Positions 12,049 to 25,071 of a stretch of DNA of 64,000 nt are shown one piece after another. The position numbers and the translations under genes are program-made. The notes beneath the pieces were generated by a model that was not told the DNA's origin, ran no database searches, and was given only the letters and a program-made list of their open reading frames with translations. Source of the DNA: Eledone cirrhosa (Eukaryota); the NCBI GenBank assembly GCA_964016885.1, contig OZ024742.1, forward strand, positions 224,130,001 through 224,194,000. Direction: 5' to 3'. Each line of letters begins with the position of its first letter. Positions within the stretch are counted from its first letter, which is position 1.

Positions 12049-12156
12049 CCCTCTTCTTGCTATTTCAAGCGTTAACCTAATATATTCCTTCCATATACTG
12101 TACCGATATATATATATGTATATATATATATATGTATATCTATATTTGCTTTCCAT

Positions 12157-12195
12157 GCCCTTGATAAATCCATTCCGGGCGAAACGTACGTAGGC
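12157..12195 (+). ncRNA. Hammerhead-like motif with U3-A8 core
   Basis: GCCC-TTGATAA-ATCCATTCCGGGC-GAAAC-GTAC-GTA-GGC, with palindromic stem III ACGTACGT. Confidence 0.5.
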
Positions 12196-12247
12196 GCACT
12201 ATTTTATAAACATGTTCTAACGGTTTTAAACGCTTTGTCTTCATTTT

Positions 12248-12306
<59 letters not shown>

Positions 12307-12389
12307 ATGGTCTTTATTCTCTCGTTCACGATTCCACTGAATTTATATTCATAGAAATCTGGGACTTGTTTCCTTCTTCCTCTCTTTCT

Positions 12390-12547
12390 GCTGCGTAAAC
12401 CATTTTGTTTGTTTACCCTAGCGTCTCCTTTATTTACGTGTCCCAACGACTTTATTTTAGCCGTTGCTCGCACCAACCTGAGGTATATGGCCTTTAACGC
12501 GACGAAATGCCTACGACGGTTGGATGGCCACTGATGAGGACAAACTT

Positions 12548-12553
<6 letters not shown>
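12390..12553 (+). mobile_element. Family P2 fragment
   Basis: TTGCTCGCACCAACCTGAGGTAT...GGTTGG..CACTGATGAGGAC matches the reverse complement of 4740-4835 and 5255-5364. Confidence 0.6.
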
Positions 12554-12593
<40 letters not shown>

Positions 12594-13176
12594 ACAGTAT
12601 ATGGAAGGAATATATTTAGGGATTGTAATCTCCAGTTATTGTAGGTTCACAAGAGTTAGCACCCGATACATAATTTCCAGTAGGTATATTGGTGTTGTAT
12701 TAAGCAGAATGTAATACCACTATTAATAAAAAGGACGAAGTGTTAGGTCTTCACTACGTTTATTGAGGTGTGATGTGCGTTTCGTGATTGATCAGCTCAA
12801 GATTCGACCTGTATCGATCTGACCGACCTGACTTTGAAATCAAGACCTCGCCGGACTTCTGTTATGGTAATGACAGTGCCAAGAGTTTCCGAAGAGATGG
12901 TTCACGGGAAAATGTGGTCTATATAATGTACAGAGCCAAAATATATTATATAAATAAGATCTCAAGAGAAATGCATGCTACCTAAGGTTTCAAAATTCAA
13001 CTAGCAAAGGACATAGATATTCTGCCTAGCAGTTTAGTTAACATCGGTGCCCGATAATAACTACCATAGATAGATAGATAAAACCTGTTGTCAATCAATG
13101 TATCGATTAGAAATAGAAAATTGGATATCTATCTATTTATCTATCTGTCCATCAAACTATGTATCGATGCACACAC

Positions 13177-13223
<47 letters not shown>

Positions 13224-13359
13224 TATGCATCTCTCTTTATATATATATATATGTGTGTGTGTGTGTATAAATATATATGTACATATATATATATATGCAT
13301 ATATATTATATATATAAATATGTATATATATATATATATATATATGAGTCTGTGTGTAC

Positions 13360-13434
<75 letters not shown>

Positions 13435-13636
13435 GACAAATTAGAAAGGGTACAGAAAATCGAGATAAAATAATTCAAAACATCACTTTCACTGTATTTC
13501 GGTTTGTATTCTTTGATGTACTTTTATATACGTATGCATGTGTATATCTATATATATGCATGTGTGTATGTATGTATGTGTGTATGTATGCATGTATGCA
13601 TGTATGTATGTATGTATGTATGTATGTGTATATATG

Positions 13637-13691
13637 TTATCTCTTTCTCTTAATTTCGAGTATATTTTTTTGACCGGCCACCTTCCTGGTG
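13637..13691 (-). mobile_element. Extreme 3' end of an R4/Dong-like LINE within (TATG)n
   Basis: Matches 58069-58120 (CTCTTAATTT.GAGTA.ATTTTTGACCGGCCACCTTCCT.GTG). Confidence 0.6.
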
Positions 13692-13814
13692 TATGTATGT
13701 ATGCGTGTATGTATGTATGTATTATGTATGTACGTATGTATATATGTATGTATGTATACTTGTGTGTGTATATATTTATGTATGTATGCTTATGTGTGTA
13801 TGTATCTATATATG

Positions 13815-14235
<421 letters not shown>

Positions 14236-14479
14236 GGCTGTATATTTATGTGTGTGTTAAGAGAAGGTGGGAAACAGAGCGAATTACGAAACATGCGAAT
14301 GAAGGCAGTAAATAAGGATAGAAATATATGAAAAAGGAGGGACAGAGGTTGACTTATTATGTTTTTTGTTGTTTTTAATTTTATTTCTCTCCACAAATCA
14401 ACATGGCGACTCTCTAAATATTAGAGAATACATACATACGTACATATATATATATATACATTTATATATATATATAATG

Positions 14480-14511
<32 letters not shown>

Positions 14512-14522
14512 ATGTATGTATG

Positions 14523-14570
<48 letters not shown>

Positions 14571-14957
14571 GTATGTATGTATATATATATATATATATAC
14601 GTACACACACCCACACACACACACATATACATACATATGAAGTGGGAAAGAGAGAAGTTCTAGAATGGAATCTATAACAATGATGACGGCAGTGGGTCGG
14701 TGGAAGAGAGGGCCGAGGGGTGCCATGTTTTTTGTGTTGGTGCCTGCAGGCGATACTACTGGCAGCTAATGTTTAATGGTTGAAAATAAACAAGTAATAT
14801 TGCCTTCAGACGATGCCTCCTTTATTGATTCTGCAGGCGAGAATATATCCTCCATAGCCCGAACAACTCAACTCAACACAACACGACACAATCCGTCACA
14901 ACCGCCGCCATTTTGACAAGACCAGAATATGTACACACACACACACACACACAAACA

Positions 14958-15058
<101 letters not shown>

Positions 15059-15083
15059 AAGGTATATGTGTGTGTCGGAATGA

Positions 15084-15138
<55 letters not shown>

Positions 15139-15233
15139 TATGTGTGTGCATATGTATGCAATGAATTTTGTCTGTTTTTGTTTTGATGTAGGAGTGTGTG
15201 TTTGTATTCACACACGTGCATATATGCAAGTCA

Positions 15234-15276
<43 letters not shown>

Positions 15277-15429
15277 GGTACATAGTGATTAATACACACA
15301 AACACACAGGCACAGGCATACATACACACAGGCACAGGCATACACACACACATATGCACCAAGCATACACGTATGAATGCGTGTCTATGTATGTGTTTCT
15401 GGGTGTGTGTGTTTTGTATTCTTTATGAT

Positions 15430-15481
<52 letters not shown>

Positions 15482-15884
15482 TATATATATATATGTTTTT
15501 CATAAAGTAGAAATACGCACAAAAGCACCAACACAGGCATTCATACATGCCTGATGATGCATCCGTACATATATAATTTCCTAAACACACACACACACAC
15601 ACAAACACATAGATACACACACACACAAACACATAGACACACACACACATATATATATACATGTGTGTTTGAGTGTGTGTTTATGTGGTGAGATTGTGTT
15701 ATTTTAATTAGTTTTACAAAGGAGAAACGAGCACTGCAGCTTCACCTCTCACAAATAGCTGAAATATTGTATAACCCCGGGTCAGCCCTGATCTTATAGA
15801 TCTCTGATCGTAGACATTCTAGTAGTGATCAGATCGTTTCTTGAGAGGTTCTATGGATAAAGTGACTGTAGGTACATGCCCTAA

Positions 15885-16385
15885 TGTTTATAGCATTGAG
15901 CTCACGACCGTAAGATCATGGGTTCCATTCCCAGATTAGGTGGTGCATCATAATCTTGAGCAAGGCACTTTATATCACGCTTCACAAAACCGCTCGGCCG
16001 AAAAATGATTGCTAGCACCAGCAACAGCTGGGTTTTACCCCTTCGATGGTCTGATGTCTTTTTCAAGGGAGGGGGTTAATCTTGTACTCTCGGTTGTTTA
16101 ACACCAATGAAACTGCTATAAGCTCAAGCCTGATGCGTTGCTCAACTTGAGACAGACTTTAACCCTGCGGCACACTGGTGTCTTGTCCAGTTATGTACCT
16201 TCAGTTGCTTAAAACTAATGAAGCCGCTATAAGCTCCAGGCTGATGCGTCACTGAACTTGAGACAGACTTTAACCTTGCTAAAGACTGGTGTCCTGTCCA
16301 GTTATGTACTTTCAGTTGCTTAACGCCAATGAGTCAGACATAGGTTCTAGCCTGAGGACACTTTGGGCTTGGGACAGGATTTAAC
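15885..16385 (+). mobile_element. Old tRNA/CORE-like SINE with ~110-bp tail region triplicated
   Basis: B-box-like GGTTCCATTCC and CORE-like TCTTGAGCAAGGCACTTTA. Related units start at ~16103, 16213 and 16324. Confidence 0.5.
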
Positions 16386-16816
16386 ATGGAGTTAGTTTCA
16401 TAGTGAAACGATTGGAAACCAATGGTCTTTGGGGTTAGTCTAACAAAAACAAGAACAACAACACAACACCACCACCTCCATCTACACCTACACCTGAACT
16501 GATTGATATTGAAACAATCGTAATACGCAAATAAAGTTTGTACATATGCTGCAACACTGGGTATATGGATGATATAGTCGTCGTAATGTTCAGAGTGACA
16601 AATGTCGAGAAATTAAATGAAAGACCTAGAAAATACCTCTGTACTAACATTCAACATCCAGAACAGTACAAATAAAACGACTAGCAACGCGATTCCATTT
16701 CGAGATATACATATGCTCATACATACATACACACATACATAGATACATACATACATACATACATACATGCATACATACATACATAATACATACATACATA
16801 CATACATACATACATA

Positions 16817-17923
16817 AAAACTCACACCCAGGGAAATTTCCCAACAGTACTGCAATGAATCCATGGATGAAAAACTGCATGCTTATCAGCCAAAATTCAT
16901 CCATGGATATGTTGCCAGGAAGCTCCAGAGTGAGAGTAATATAGATAAGGAAAGTAGTCTATCTTGGACCAATAACCGCTATAGTGGCTCCCACTTTGAA
17001 GGATCCGCTTTTGCAATCCAAGAACAGGAAATCAATATCAAATGCCTGGTTCACAAAAGAGATAGAGATGCATGCAAAACACCTAGATGTGACAACAAGT
17101 GCAGACTCTGCAGAATTAACATCGATGATATCACCCATGTCATAAGCAGCTGTCCAAAGATGTCATCGCGGTACTATCTACCTATGAGGCATGATGTAGT
17201 GGCCAAAACACTGTACAATGCAATCCGTAGAAAAGGTAGCCCCGATAATAAACACATTAAAAGCTACAGCAATGTGAAAGACATACACATACATGATATG
17301 AAAGAGTACTGGTGGAATATTCCAATAAAACACCCAATAAAATGCAAGCATAACAGACCAGATATAATTACATGGGACAGGGAAAAGAAGGCATGCACAG
17401 TAGTGGAAGTTATCTGCCCAGCAGATGCCAATATAATATTAAAGATTAGTGAAAAGGAGAATATCTATGCAGAACTAATGAGAAATCTGCAGATACTCCA
17501 CCCTGACTATACCTTCAGATTTATGCCTGTGATTATTGGGGCACTGTAGTATGTTAGTAACTGCCTCAATACAAATCTTGAGATGGTGGGCTTCACAGGA
17601 ACAGAAAGAACACAACTAGTTAGGAAATTACAAGTACAATCCATTAATGGAACAGTAAAAATATGTAAAACATTCCAAAAATTCTGTATCTAATAACTGC
17701 ATATAGACTTGTACAGTCACAAAGCATATGCACATGCACACATATAACTCAAAACATACACATCCACACATACAATAACATCCATACCTGCATACACATG
17801 CATGCATGCATACATAATCTACCTAGTTGATGTTGTGTAAATTCCAATGAGAGAGTCTTGTGTCTATGTTAGAACCCGACTCTCTCTCTATTGGTAAAAA
17901 TTTGTGAAATTATAAAACCAGAA
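16817..17923 (+). mobile_element. 5'-truncated R4/Dong-clade non-LTR retrotransposon flanked by (CATA)n
   Basis: The ORF has a CCHC knuckle (CRLC..THVISSC), RHD, NRPDI..D and VVEV.CP motifs of a restriction-like endonuclease. The 3' UTR runs into (CATA)n. Confidence 0.85.
16863..17692 (+). pseudogene. C-terminal zinc knuckle/RLE domain of R4/Dong ORF with premature stop at 17547-17549
   Basis: 228-aa ORF. The frame continues after TAG as YVSNCLNTNLE...KICKTFQKFCI*, and the copy at 56937-57165 has a sense codon at that position. Confidence 0.8.
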
Positions 17924-17976
17924 CATACATACATACATATATACACACATACATGCACACACATATATATTATATA

Positions 17977-19155
17977 CAGGGTGCGGACGGTATTTGAGGA
18001 CAGATTTAGGGTTTATAAAAAACCGCTTATATAATAACAGAAAAAAAAATGTATTCTTATAAAATAACATAAACATAAAGTTAAATTATCAATTGAATAA
18101 TTTCATTCAATAAAACCACCATAAGCATCAATAACTGCCTCTTGTTCATACCGGACAGACTCGAACTATTGCGGGTTTCAAAGAATCTTTGGTGCTCTGG
18201 GGGTGTTCATTGACATTTTTCTCAACGATGCTCCATACATAGTAGTTCAGTAGATTGAGATCTGGAGAATTTGAAGGCCAAATGTTGGGGGTGATGTGAT
18301 CATGCAAATTGTTAGCCATCCATTCTTGTGTCAATTGAGCCTTGTGTGATGGTGCAGAATCCTGTTGAAAGACATAAGGCCTTCCATTGCATACACTGTT
18401 GATCCAAGGTTTAACAACTTCTTCCAGAACCTCAATGTATGCAGCAGCATTCACCCTAAGGCCTGACACCATGACACTTGCAGGAAATTTTGTGTGCATT
18501 ACTCTACTCTTGGAACCCCAGAGGGGTCTGCACATAGCCAGCTGTAATTTCTTCAATTAGTTTTGTGGTCCTGATCAAAGTTTTTCTCATCTGAGAAAAA
18601 CCAAATGACATCATCTTCTGATGGATTTTTAAGTTCGTTTAAAAGTCTTTTGGATCTGATTAAAAGCTTTTCTTTTGTTTTTTTCTGACATGAATTGACC
18701 TCTCCTCATCACGTAAGATTTATATCTGATGTCTTCATGCACAACATTTCTGATTGGTTTTTCTGACACACCAACATCTTTTGCAATTGACCTCATTGAT
18801 TTTCCTGGATTGTCATCAATGTTTTGCTTAACTTCCTGAATAAATTCAGGTGTCCTGATAGAATCAGAGCGTTTCAAATGTTTTTTTACGTTTTGATACA
18901 GGTAATACACTTCCATCTTCTTTCTCTAACTCACACCGAATCTTGTGGACAAAAGATCTTGCAACTTTCAGAAAACGAGAAATTTCTAAATCCCCATGCT
19001 TAGCCTTCAAAGCCATGATCACAACATGCCTTTTCATTTCATTAGTAAGCATAGTTATTTTCATTGTTTTTTTCTAAAATAGAAGTTCAATAAAAATTAG
19101 TCAAATAAAATAATGACTAAAAATACATGTGTCCTCAAATACCGTCCGCACCCTG
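17977..19155 (-). mobile_element. Tc1/mariner-superfamily DNA transposon, maT (DD37D) type, near full length, defective
   Basis: TIR CAGGGTGCGGACGGTATTTGAGGACA at both ends, with TA on the left. Split transposase with WFFSDEK, FQQDSAPSH and WPSNSPDLNLLN. 37 residues separate the second D from the third catalytic position (here N). Confidence 0.9.
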
Positions 19156-19232
19156 AATATGTTATATATATACCGTCCGCACCCTGTATATGTTATATAT
19201 ATACCGTCCGCACCCTGTATATGTTATATATA
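19139..19232. repeat. Three tandem ~31-bp copies of the maT TIR tip plus flank
   Basis: TACCGTCCGCACCCTG(A/T)ATATGTTATATA x3. Confidence 0.85.
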
Positions 19233-19539
19233 TACAAAAGCATATATATATATATGCGAAATAAGCCACAACAGAAACACAAACCCTCCATTTCAATTTT
19301 ACTTTTGAAAATCATAAGAACTTTGAAACCAGTAAAGTAAATAAATATTCTTAAAAGACTCCAGTTGCATTTATATATGTATATACATATATACATATTC
19401 AGCTCTGTCAAACCAGCAGCAATTGTGACGGATTGTCTCGTGTTGTTGTGTTGTGTTGTGTTGAGTTATACGAGGCAAATAAATGTCTGTAGTTACAAGG
19501 AAACAGTAAATGCCTACACAGTTACAGAATATGTGTAGT

Positions 19540-20130
19540 AAATCGTACTTTAAATCACATTTAGATTCTCATGCACAGAGTATCACATAAAGAAGCATAC
19601 ATGATAAGACACACTACTTCATAGCAGGTAATCAAACTAATAGACTCAACAAAAGAATAATACAAACACAAATACAACACAATAAATATTTCAGACACTA
19701 TAACTATTACAAATACACAAAACAAACATAATGTGTGTATTACGTGAATGAATGTACACTAACTATAGAATAGTGGAACATATCATCAAAGACCTCATAA
19801 AACAGAACATACAATACATTACACCATACCGTAAACACTAATAAAATACTATAAAAACATTGAAATTAAAAGCCATTTGATCAATAATAAACCACAAACA
19901 TCTAAGCCCGCAAACAAGCTACTAATGACCAATGTGGTTTACAAATTTGATTCCAAGCGTGAAAGATGTGAACTTCATGACTTACACGGGCAAAACATGT
20001 ACGACACAACCACCCCACCGGCTCACTATGCCCTTACAAGAATAAGCAATTGTAATTCCCTGCATCACACAGCATAAAACAAACATAAGAGCAGAAAACA
20101 TGAGTAAACAACACATCTATACTATGTACT
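19540..20130 (+). pseudogene. Heavily decayed Penelope-like GIY-YIG region
   Basis: LINN...TNVVYKF motif resembles the start of a Penelope endonuclease domain; A-rich coding-strand bias. Confidence 0.4.
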
Positions 20131-20291
20131 CTCAAAGTTCATAAGTGTTAGTCGCCATTCCGCCACCCAATGAAGCTATTTCAAACAAGGCATGGTCTAT
20201 TCTTTAGCTGATATGCTGTAAGATTCATTTTAATAACTGGATAATATGAATTTTGTATATAATTCATTTCTCTCGGCATCGAAATAGGCTA

Positions 20292-20325
<34 letters not shown>

Positions 20326-20355
20326 TGGTAGAGTAGATACACATACACACGCTCA

Positions 20356-20391
<36 letters not shown>

Positions 20392-20573
20392 GTATATATA
20401 TATATACGTATATATATATATATACTCAAACACATATACGCGTACATATATACATACATATACTTAAGCTGAAGAAAGCTAGCATTGTATTCTGCTCCCA
20501 TGTATGTATTGAATGCTCATTCAGTTAATGTTTCAGCACTTTATTTACACTCATACATAAAACATACCTCTCA

Positions 20574-21185
<612 letters not shown>

Positions 21186-21625
21186 GTAAGTAAAAAACAA
21201 AAAAAAAACAATAACAAAGAGTGCAGTACGAAGAGTGTTGGTATTAGGTTCACGCTTGAGAGTGGGGTGTGGGGGTGGGGTGGGGGTGGGGGTATATATA
21301 TACACACATGTATATATATATGCATATATGTATGATTAACTAAATCACATCAAAAATGACAGTAGCATAAACTAGAAACGTTGTTAAAAGAAAGCGAGGT
21401 TTACTTCGTGTTTTTCCCATGTAAAACAACGCCGAGCTGACCACATTAAAGTCAGCAGCAAATTGATCAGAGATCGAAATCAATAACGACACAGCTACTA
21501 TCGATAATGCCTGCTAGACAACTGTGTGAAACAGCATTGAACTAATAACCCTTTTCAGGTTTTAACCAAAATATACACACAATTGAATAGAATTCATTGC
21601 CTTCGGCGCCAATAGCCGCCAAATA

Positions 21626-21720
<95 letters not shown>

Positions 21721-21885
21721 ATATGTATGTATGTATGCCTGATAGTGTATGTTTGTGCATGTGTGTGAATAATTTATATGCACACATACACAAAGACACA
21801 CAAACATATATGCATAAATATATTTTAAAAAATGTATACAAAAAATATAACAAATATACGCATGTATGCTTTGTTGTGTGAATGG

Positions 21886-21962
<77 letters not shown>

Positions 21963-22134
21963 CATATATATACATATAGACACACATACATACATATGCA
22001 TGTATATATACGCACACCCACACACCCACACACACATATATATAGATATATATTTATACATACATATACATACACATACACTTATATAATTAATATATGT
22101 TTGATTATGAAAAAGAAGGGGAAACTCTAGCGAA

Positions 22135-22780
22135 TTATGAACAGAATATAGACAAATATGGAGAGAATATGGAGAGAATACCGACAGTGTAAGGCAGGAT
22201 ATGGACAGCATAACGACAAAATATGGACAGAGTATTGACAGGGTATGAGCAAAATATGAACAGAATATACACAGGATATGAACCGGATGGTACGGTATGG
22301 TCCCGTAACTCCTGACAGAATCATAGGGGCACCGTATTAACAAATGGCGTTTCTTGGTAATTTTAAGCCTGGCGGAGCCCATTCCTCTCCAGGCCTGAGT
22401 ACAGCAGATTTCTTCAAGAGAAAGATAGAAAGTGAGAGAGAGGAGAGGAAATGAGAAAAAGATATAGAAGAAGTATCGACCCCAGAACTAGACTGGTACT
22501 TTTTTTTATCGACCTCGAAAGGATGAAAAGCAAAGTTGACCTCGGCGGGATTTGAAATCAGAGAGCAAAGATCCGGAACAAATACCATAAAGGATTCTAT
22601 CCGACGTTCTAACGACTTAGCCAAATCGCCGCCTATTATGGAAAGGATATAGGCAGAATTTAGACAGACGATAGACAGGATATAAACAGAATATAAACAA
22701 AATATGGACAGTATAGGCAGAATATGGACAGGATCTGGACAGAATATGGACAGGATATAAACAAAACAGAATAAGATGAA
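22135..22780. repeat. Degenerate 11-bp minisatellite (ACAGAATATGG) in two blocks either side of a SINE
   Basis: Blocks at ~22135-22285 and ~22645-22780. Confidence 0.65.
22470..22634 (-). mobile_element. SINE S1
   Basis: GGATGAAAAGCAAAGTTGACCTCGGCGGGATTTGAA is the reverse complement of the S1 core and B-box. Confidence 0.75.
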
Positions 22781-22944
22781 GGAAAGAAACAGCGAAAAAG
22801 AAAAAAAAAGAAGATAAAGAATACATAGCCAAAAACCAACTTATAAGCCATCCAATTCCATTGATCATTCCTCATTTTTTCATAGGGCAGTCCCTCTATT
22901 CCACTATCTAGTACTTACTAGTTAGTCCCCACACGTCAGTCCCC

Positions 22945-23383
22945 TCTACATGATTAGTGACATTGCTCCCCCTCACACCAGAAGGACAGTTCACTCCCAA
23001 CGTGAGAAGTTGAAACAAAGAAACAAAGAGGCTCAAGTCAAGACTCAGCTTTCTACACCCTGAACAACGTGGAACACAGGCTCTCTCCCAGCCCTACAGA
23101 ATCACTCTCCCATAGATCCAGTGATGCTCGGCCCTTCTGGTCCTGCTTAAATCATCTCCGAACAGCTGTTAGTCGCTGTAGAGCCGACCTTCAGAAATGG
23201 AGATATGCCACCGAAGATGATTCTAACTGCCAATGTGGGCAATTACAAACTATGGAGCACCTTTAAGTTTACCCCAATCTTGAAGATTCGAGCAGACTTA
23301 ACGGCATTGAAATCTTAAATCCCCAGGCAAAGCGTTATGCGTAACACTGGACGGGTGTGCTGTAGACTCCTTAAGGAGAAGAA
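22945..23383 (+). mobile_element. 5'-truncated RTE-X-type LINE with TSD
   Basis: IAPPHTRR, WSCLNHLRTAVSRC..LQKW and CQCGQLQTMEHL motifs; AGAAGAAG tail; TSD GTCAGTCCCC at 22935-22944 and 23384-23393. Confidence 0.75.
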
Positions 23384-23443
23384 GTCAGTCCCCATTGGTC
23401 AGTTTCCATTGGTCAATCTCCATTAGTTAGTCCCCATTATTCT

Positions 23444-23620
23444 TGGCAGTATCGGTAGAGGGTCGGACGCCATGCTTTGACGCATAGAGTTACGGCCCTT
23501 GCCATTCTGAGTTCAAATCCCGCCGAGGTTAACTTTGCCTTTCATCCTTACGGGGTCGATAAAATAAAGTACCAGTAATGTACTGGGTAATTTCTGGCCT
23601 TGTGCCAATAGTAGAAACAA
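23444..23620 (+). mobile_element. SINE S1, full length
   Basis: A-box-like TGGCAGTATCGG, B-box GAGTTCAAATCC, TSD ATTATTCT. Confidence 0.85.
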
Positions 23621-23724
23621 TTATTCTCTCTCTACTAGTCAATCACCACGAGTCAGTTTCCATTGAACATTCCTAATTATTACATTGGTTAGTCCCTCTA
23701 TTCCATTGCTCATGAATGGTTACT

Positions 23725-23797
23725 GACCTCGGCGGGATTTGAACTCAGACTGTAAAGAGCCGTAACTCTATGCTGCAAAGCAATGCGTCCGACTCTG
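23725..23797 (-). mobile_element. SINE S1 5' fragment
   Basis: GACCTCGGCGGGATTTGAACTCAG...CGTCCGAC. Confidence 0.7.
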
Positions 23798-23844
23798 ATA
23801 ATTTGCTCACCATTACAACTATTATTATTTGTGGCACTAAAAGA

Positions 23845-24314
23845 AAATGTGGTGAGAGACCGTCGGTTGCCATGTAGGGTTTGTGCGAACACTTTTGTCT
23901 GGCCTAGCACATGATAACCTCTCTAGTGCTGGTACCACGATAAAATGCACCCAGTACATCCTGTAAATTGTTAGTGTTGGCACCATGATAAACAACACCC
24001 AGTACGCCATATAAAGTGTTAGCGTTGTAACCATGATAAATGATCCCAGTATATGCTGTAAAGGGTTAATGTTGGTATCACGATAAAATGCACCCAGTAC
24101 ATCTTGTAAAGTGTTAGTGCTGGTATCACGACAAAATGCACCCAGTGTACCATGTAAGGTGGTTGGCATTAGATGAAACCACGCCAAATATGGAACGTAA
24201 TGATCGAGATTGGTCGCTCCAACCCGCCTGGTCTCGAAAAGTGACAACCCTTCCAACGTATGCCATCACGTGGAAAGAGCACGTAAACTAATGATGATGA
24301 TGAAGATGATGATA
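23845..24314 (+). mobile_element. SINE-like element with internal 48-bp minisatellite (5 copies) and (GAT)n tail
   Basis: Units begin at 23925, 23973, 24021, 24068 and 24116. GAT-repeat tail at ~24292-24313. Confidence 0.6.
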
Positions 24315-24565
24315 AATAGTTGAATAAATATACTAAAATATTCCTGGAAGGGAAAAAAGTTGACAGAGATACCTGTTCATTTCTTCCTTTACTAGGGGTA
24401 CTTTGCCCAATTCATTCAACTATCATTTATAATTATCTGCATTGTCATGTTTATATTTTTAAATAAATAAAGTGTCAGAAAATACGCGAATGAAAAAGTG
24501 AAGGGAGGAGGGAAATATCAAATATATGAATGATCGAAAGAAATGATCAAAGATAAAACAGTGGA

Positions 24566-24784
24566 AACAATTCTTTCTAATATTGGCACAAGGCCAGCAA
24601 CTTGGAGGAAGGGGAAAGTCGATTATATCGAACTTGTCACTTAACTCGTGATTTATTTCATCGATTTCGGAAGGATGAAAGGCAAAGTTAATCACGGATA
24701 CTTTTGAACTCAGAACGTAGAAAGTCCTAAATACCTCAATGCATTTTGTCGACGCTCTACCGATACTGTGAATCCACCACCCTT
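24566..24784 (-). mobile_element. Old SINE S1-related copy
   Basis: GGCACAAGGCC...GGATGAAAGGCAAAGTT...TTGAACTCAG. Confidence 0.7.
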
Positions 24785-24832
24785 AAATAGGGGAAAAAAT
24801 AACGAAAGAAAATGTAAACACACACACACACA

Positions 24833-24896
<64 letters not shown>

Positions 24897-24991
24897 CACA
24901 CACATGGAAAACGGTTGGGTGAAAGAAATGAAGGATATATCAAACAAATGAATGAATCAAGGGGAAAAAAGGAACGAGAAAAGTCAAAAAA

Positions 24992-25071
24992 TATTTCTTT
25001 CTACTTTTGACACAAGGCCACCATTTTAAAGAGGAGGAAGAAGTCGATTAAATTGATCCCAGTGCATTACA
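24992..25071 (-). mobile_element. 3' half of a SINE split by the LINE/satellite insertion
   Basis: TTTCTACTTTTGACACAAGGCC...CCCAGTGCATTACA. The SINE resumes at 41391. Confidence 0.75.

Noticed and set aside
23444-23530. tRNA genes at SINE heads
   Set aside because: They have A/B boxes but no cloverleaf, and they continue into SINE body, tail and TSD.
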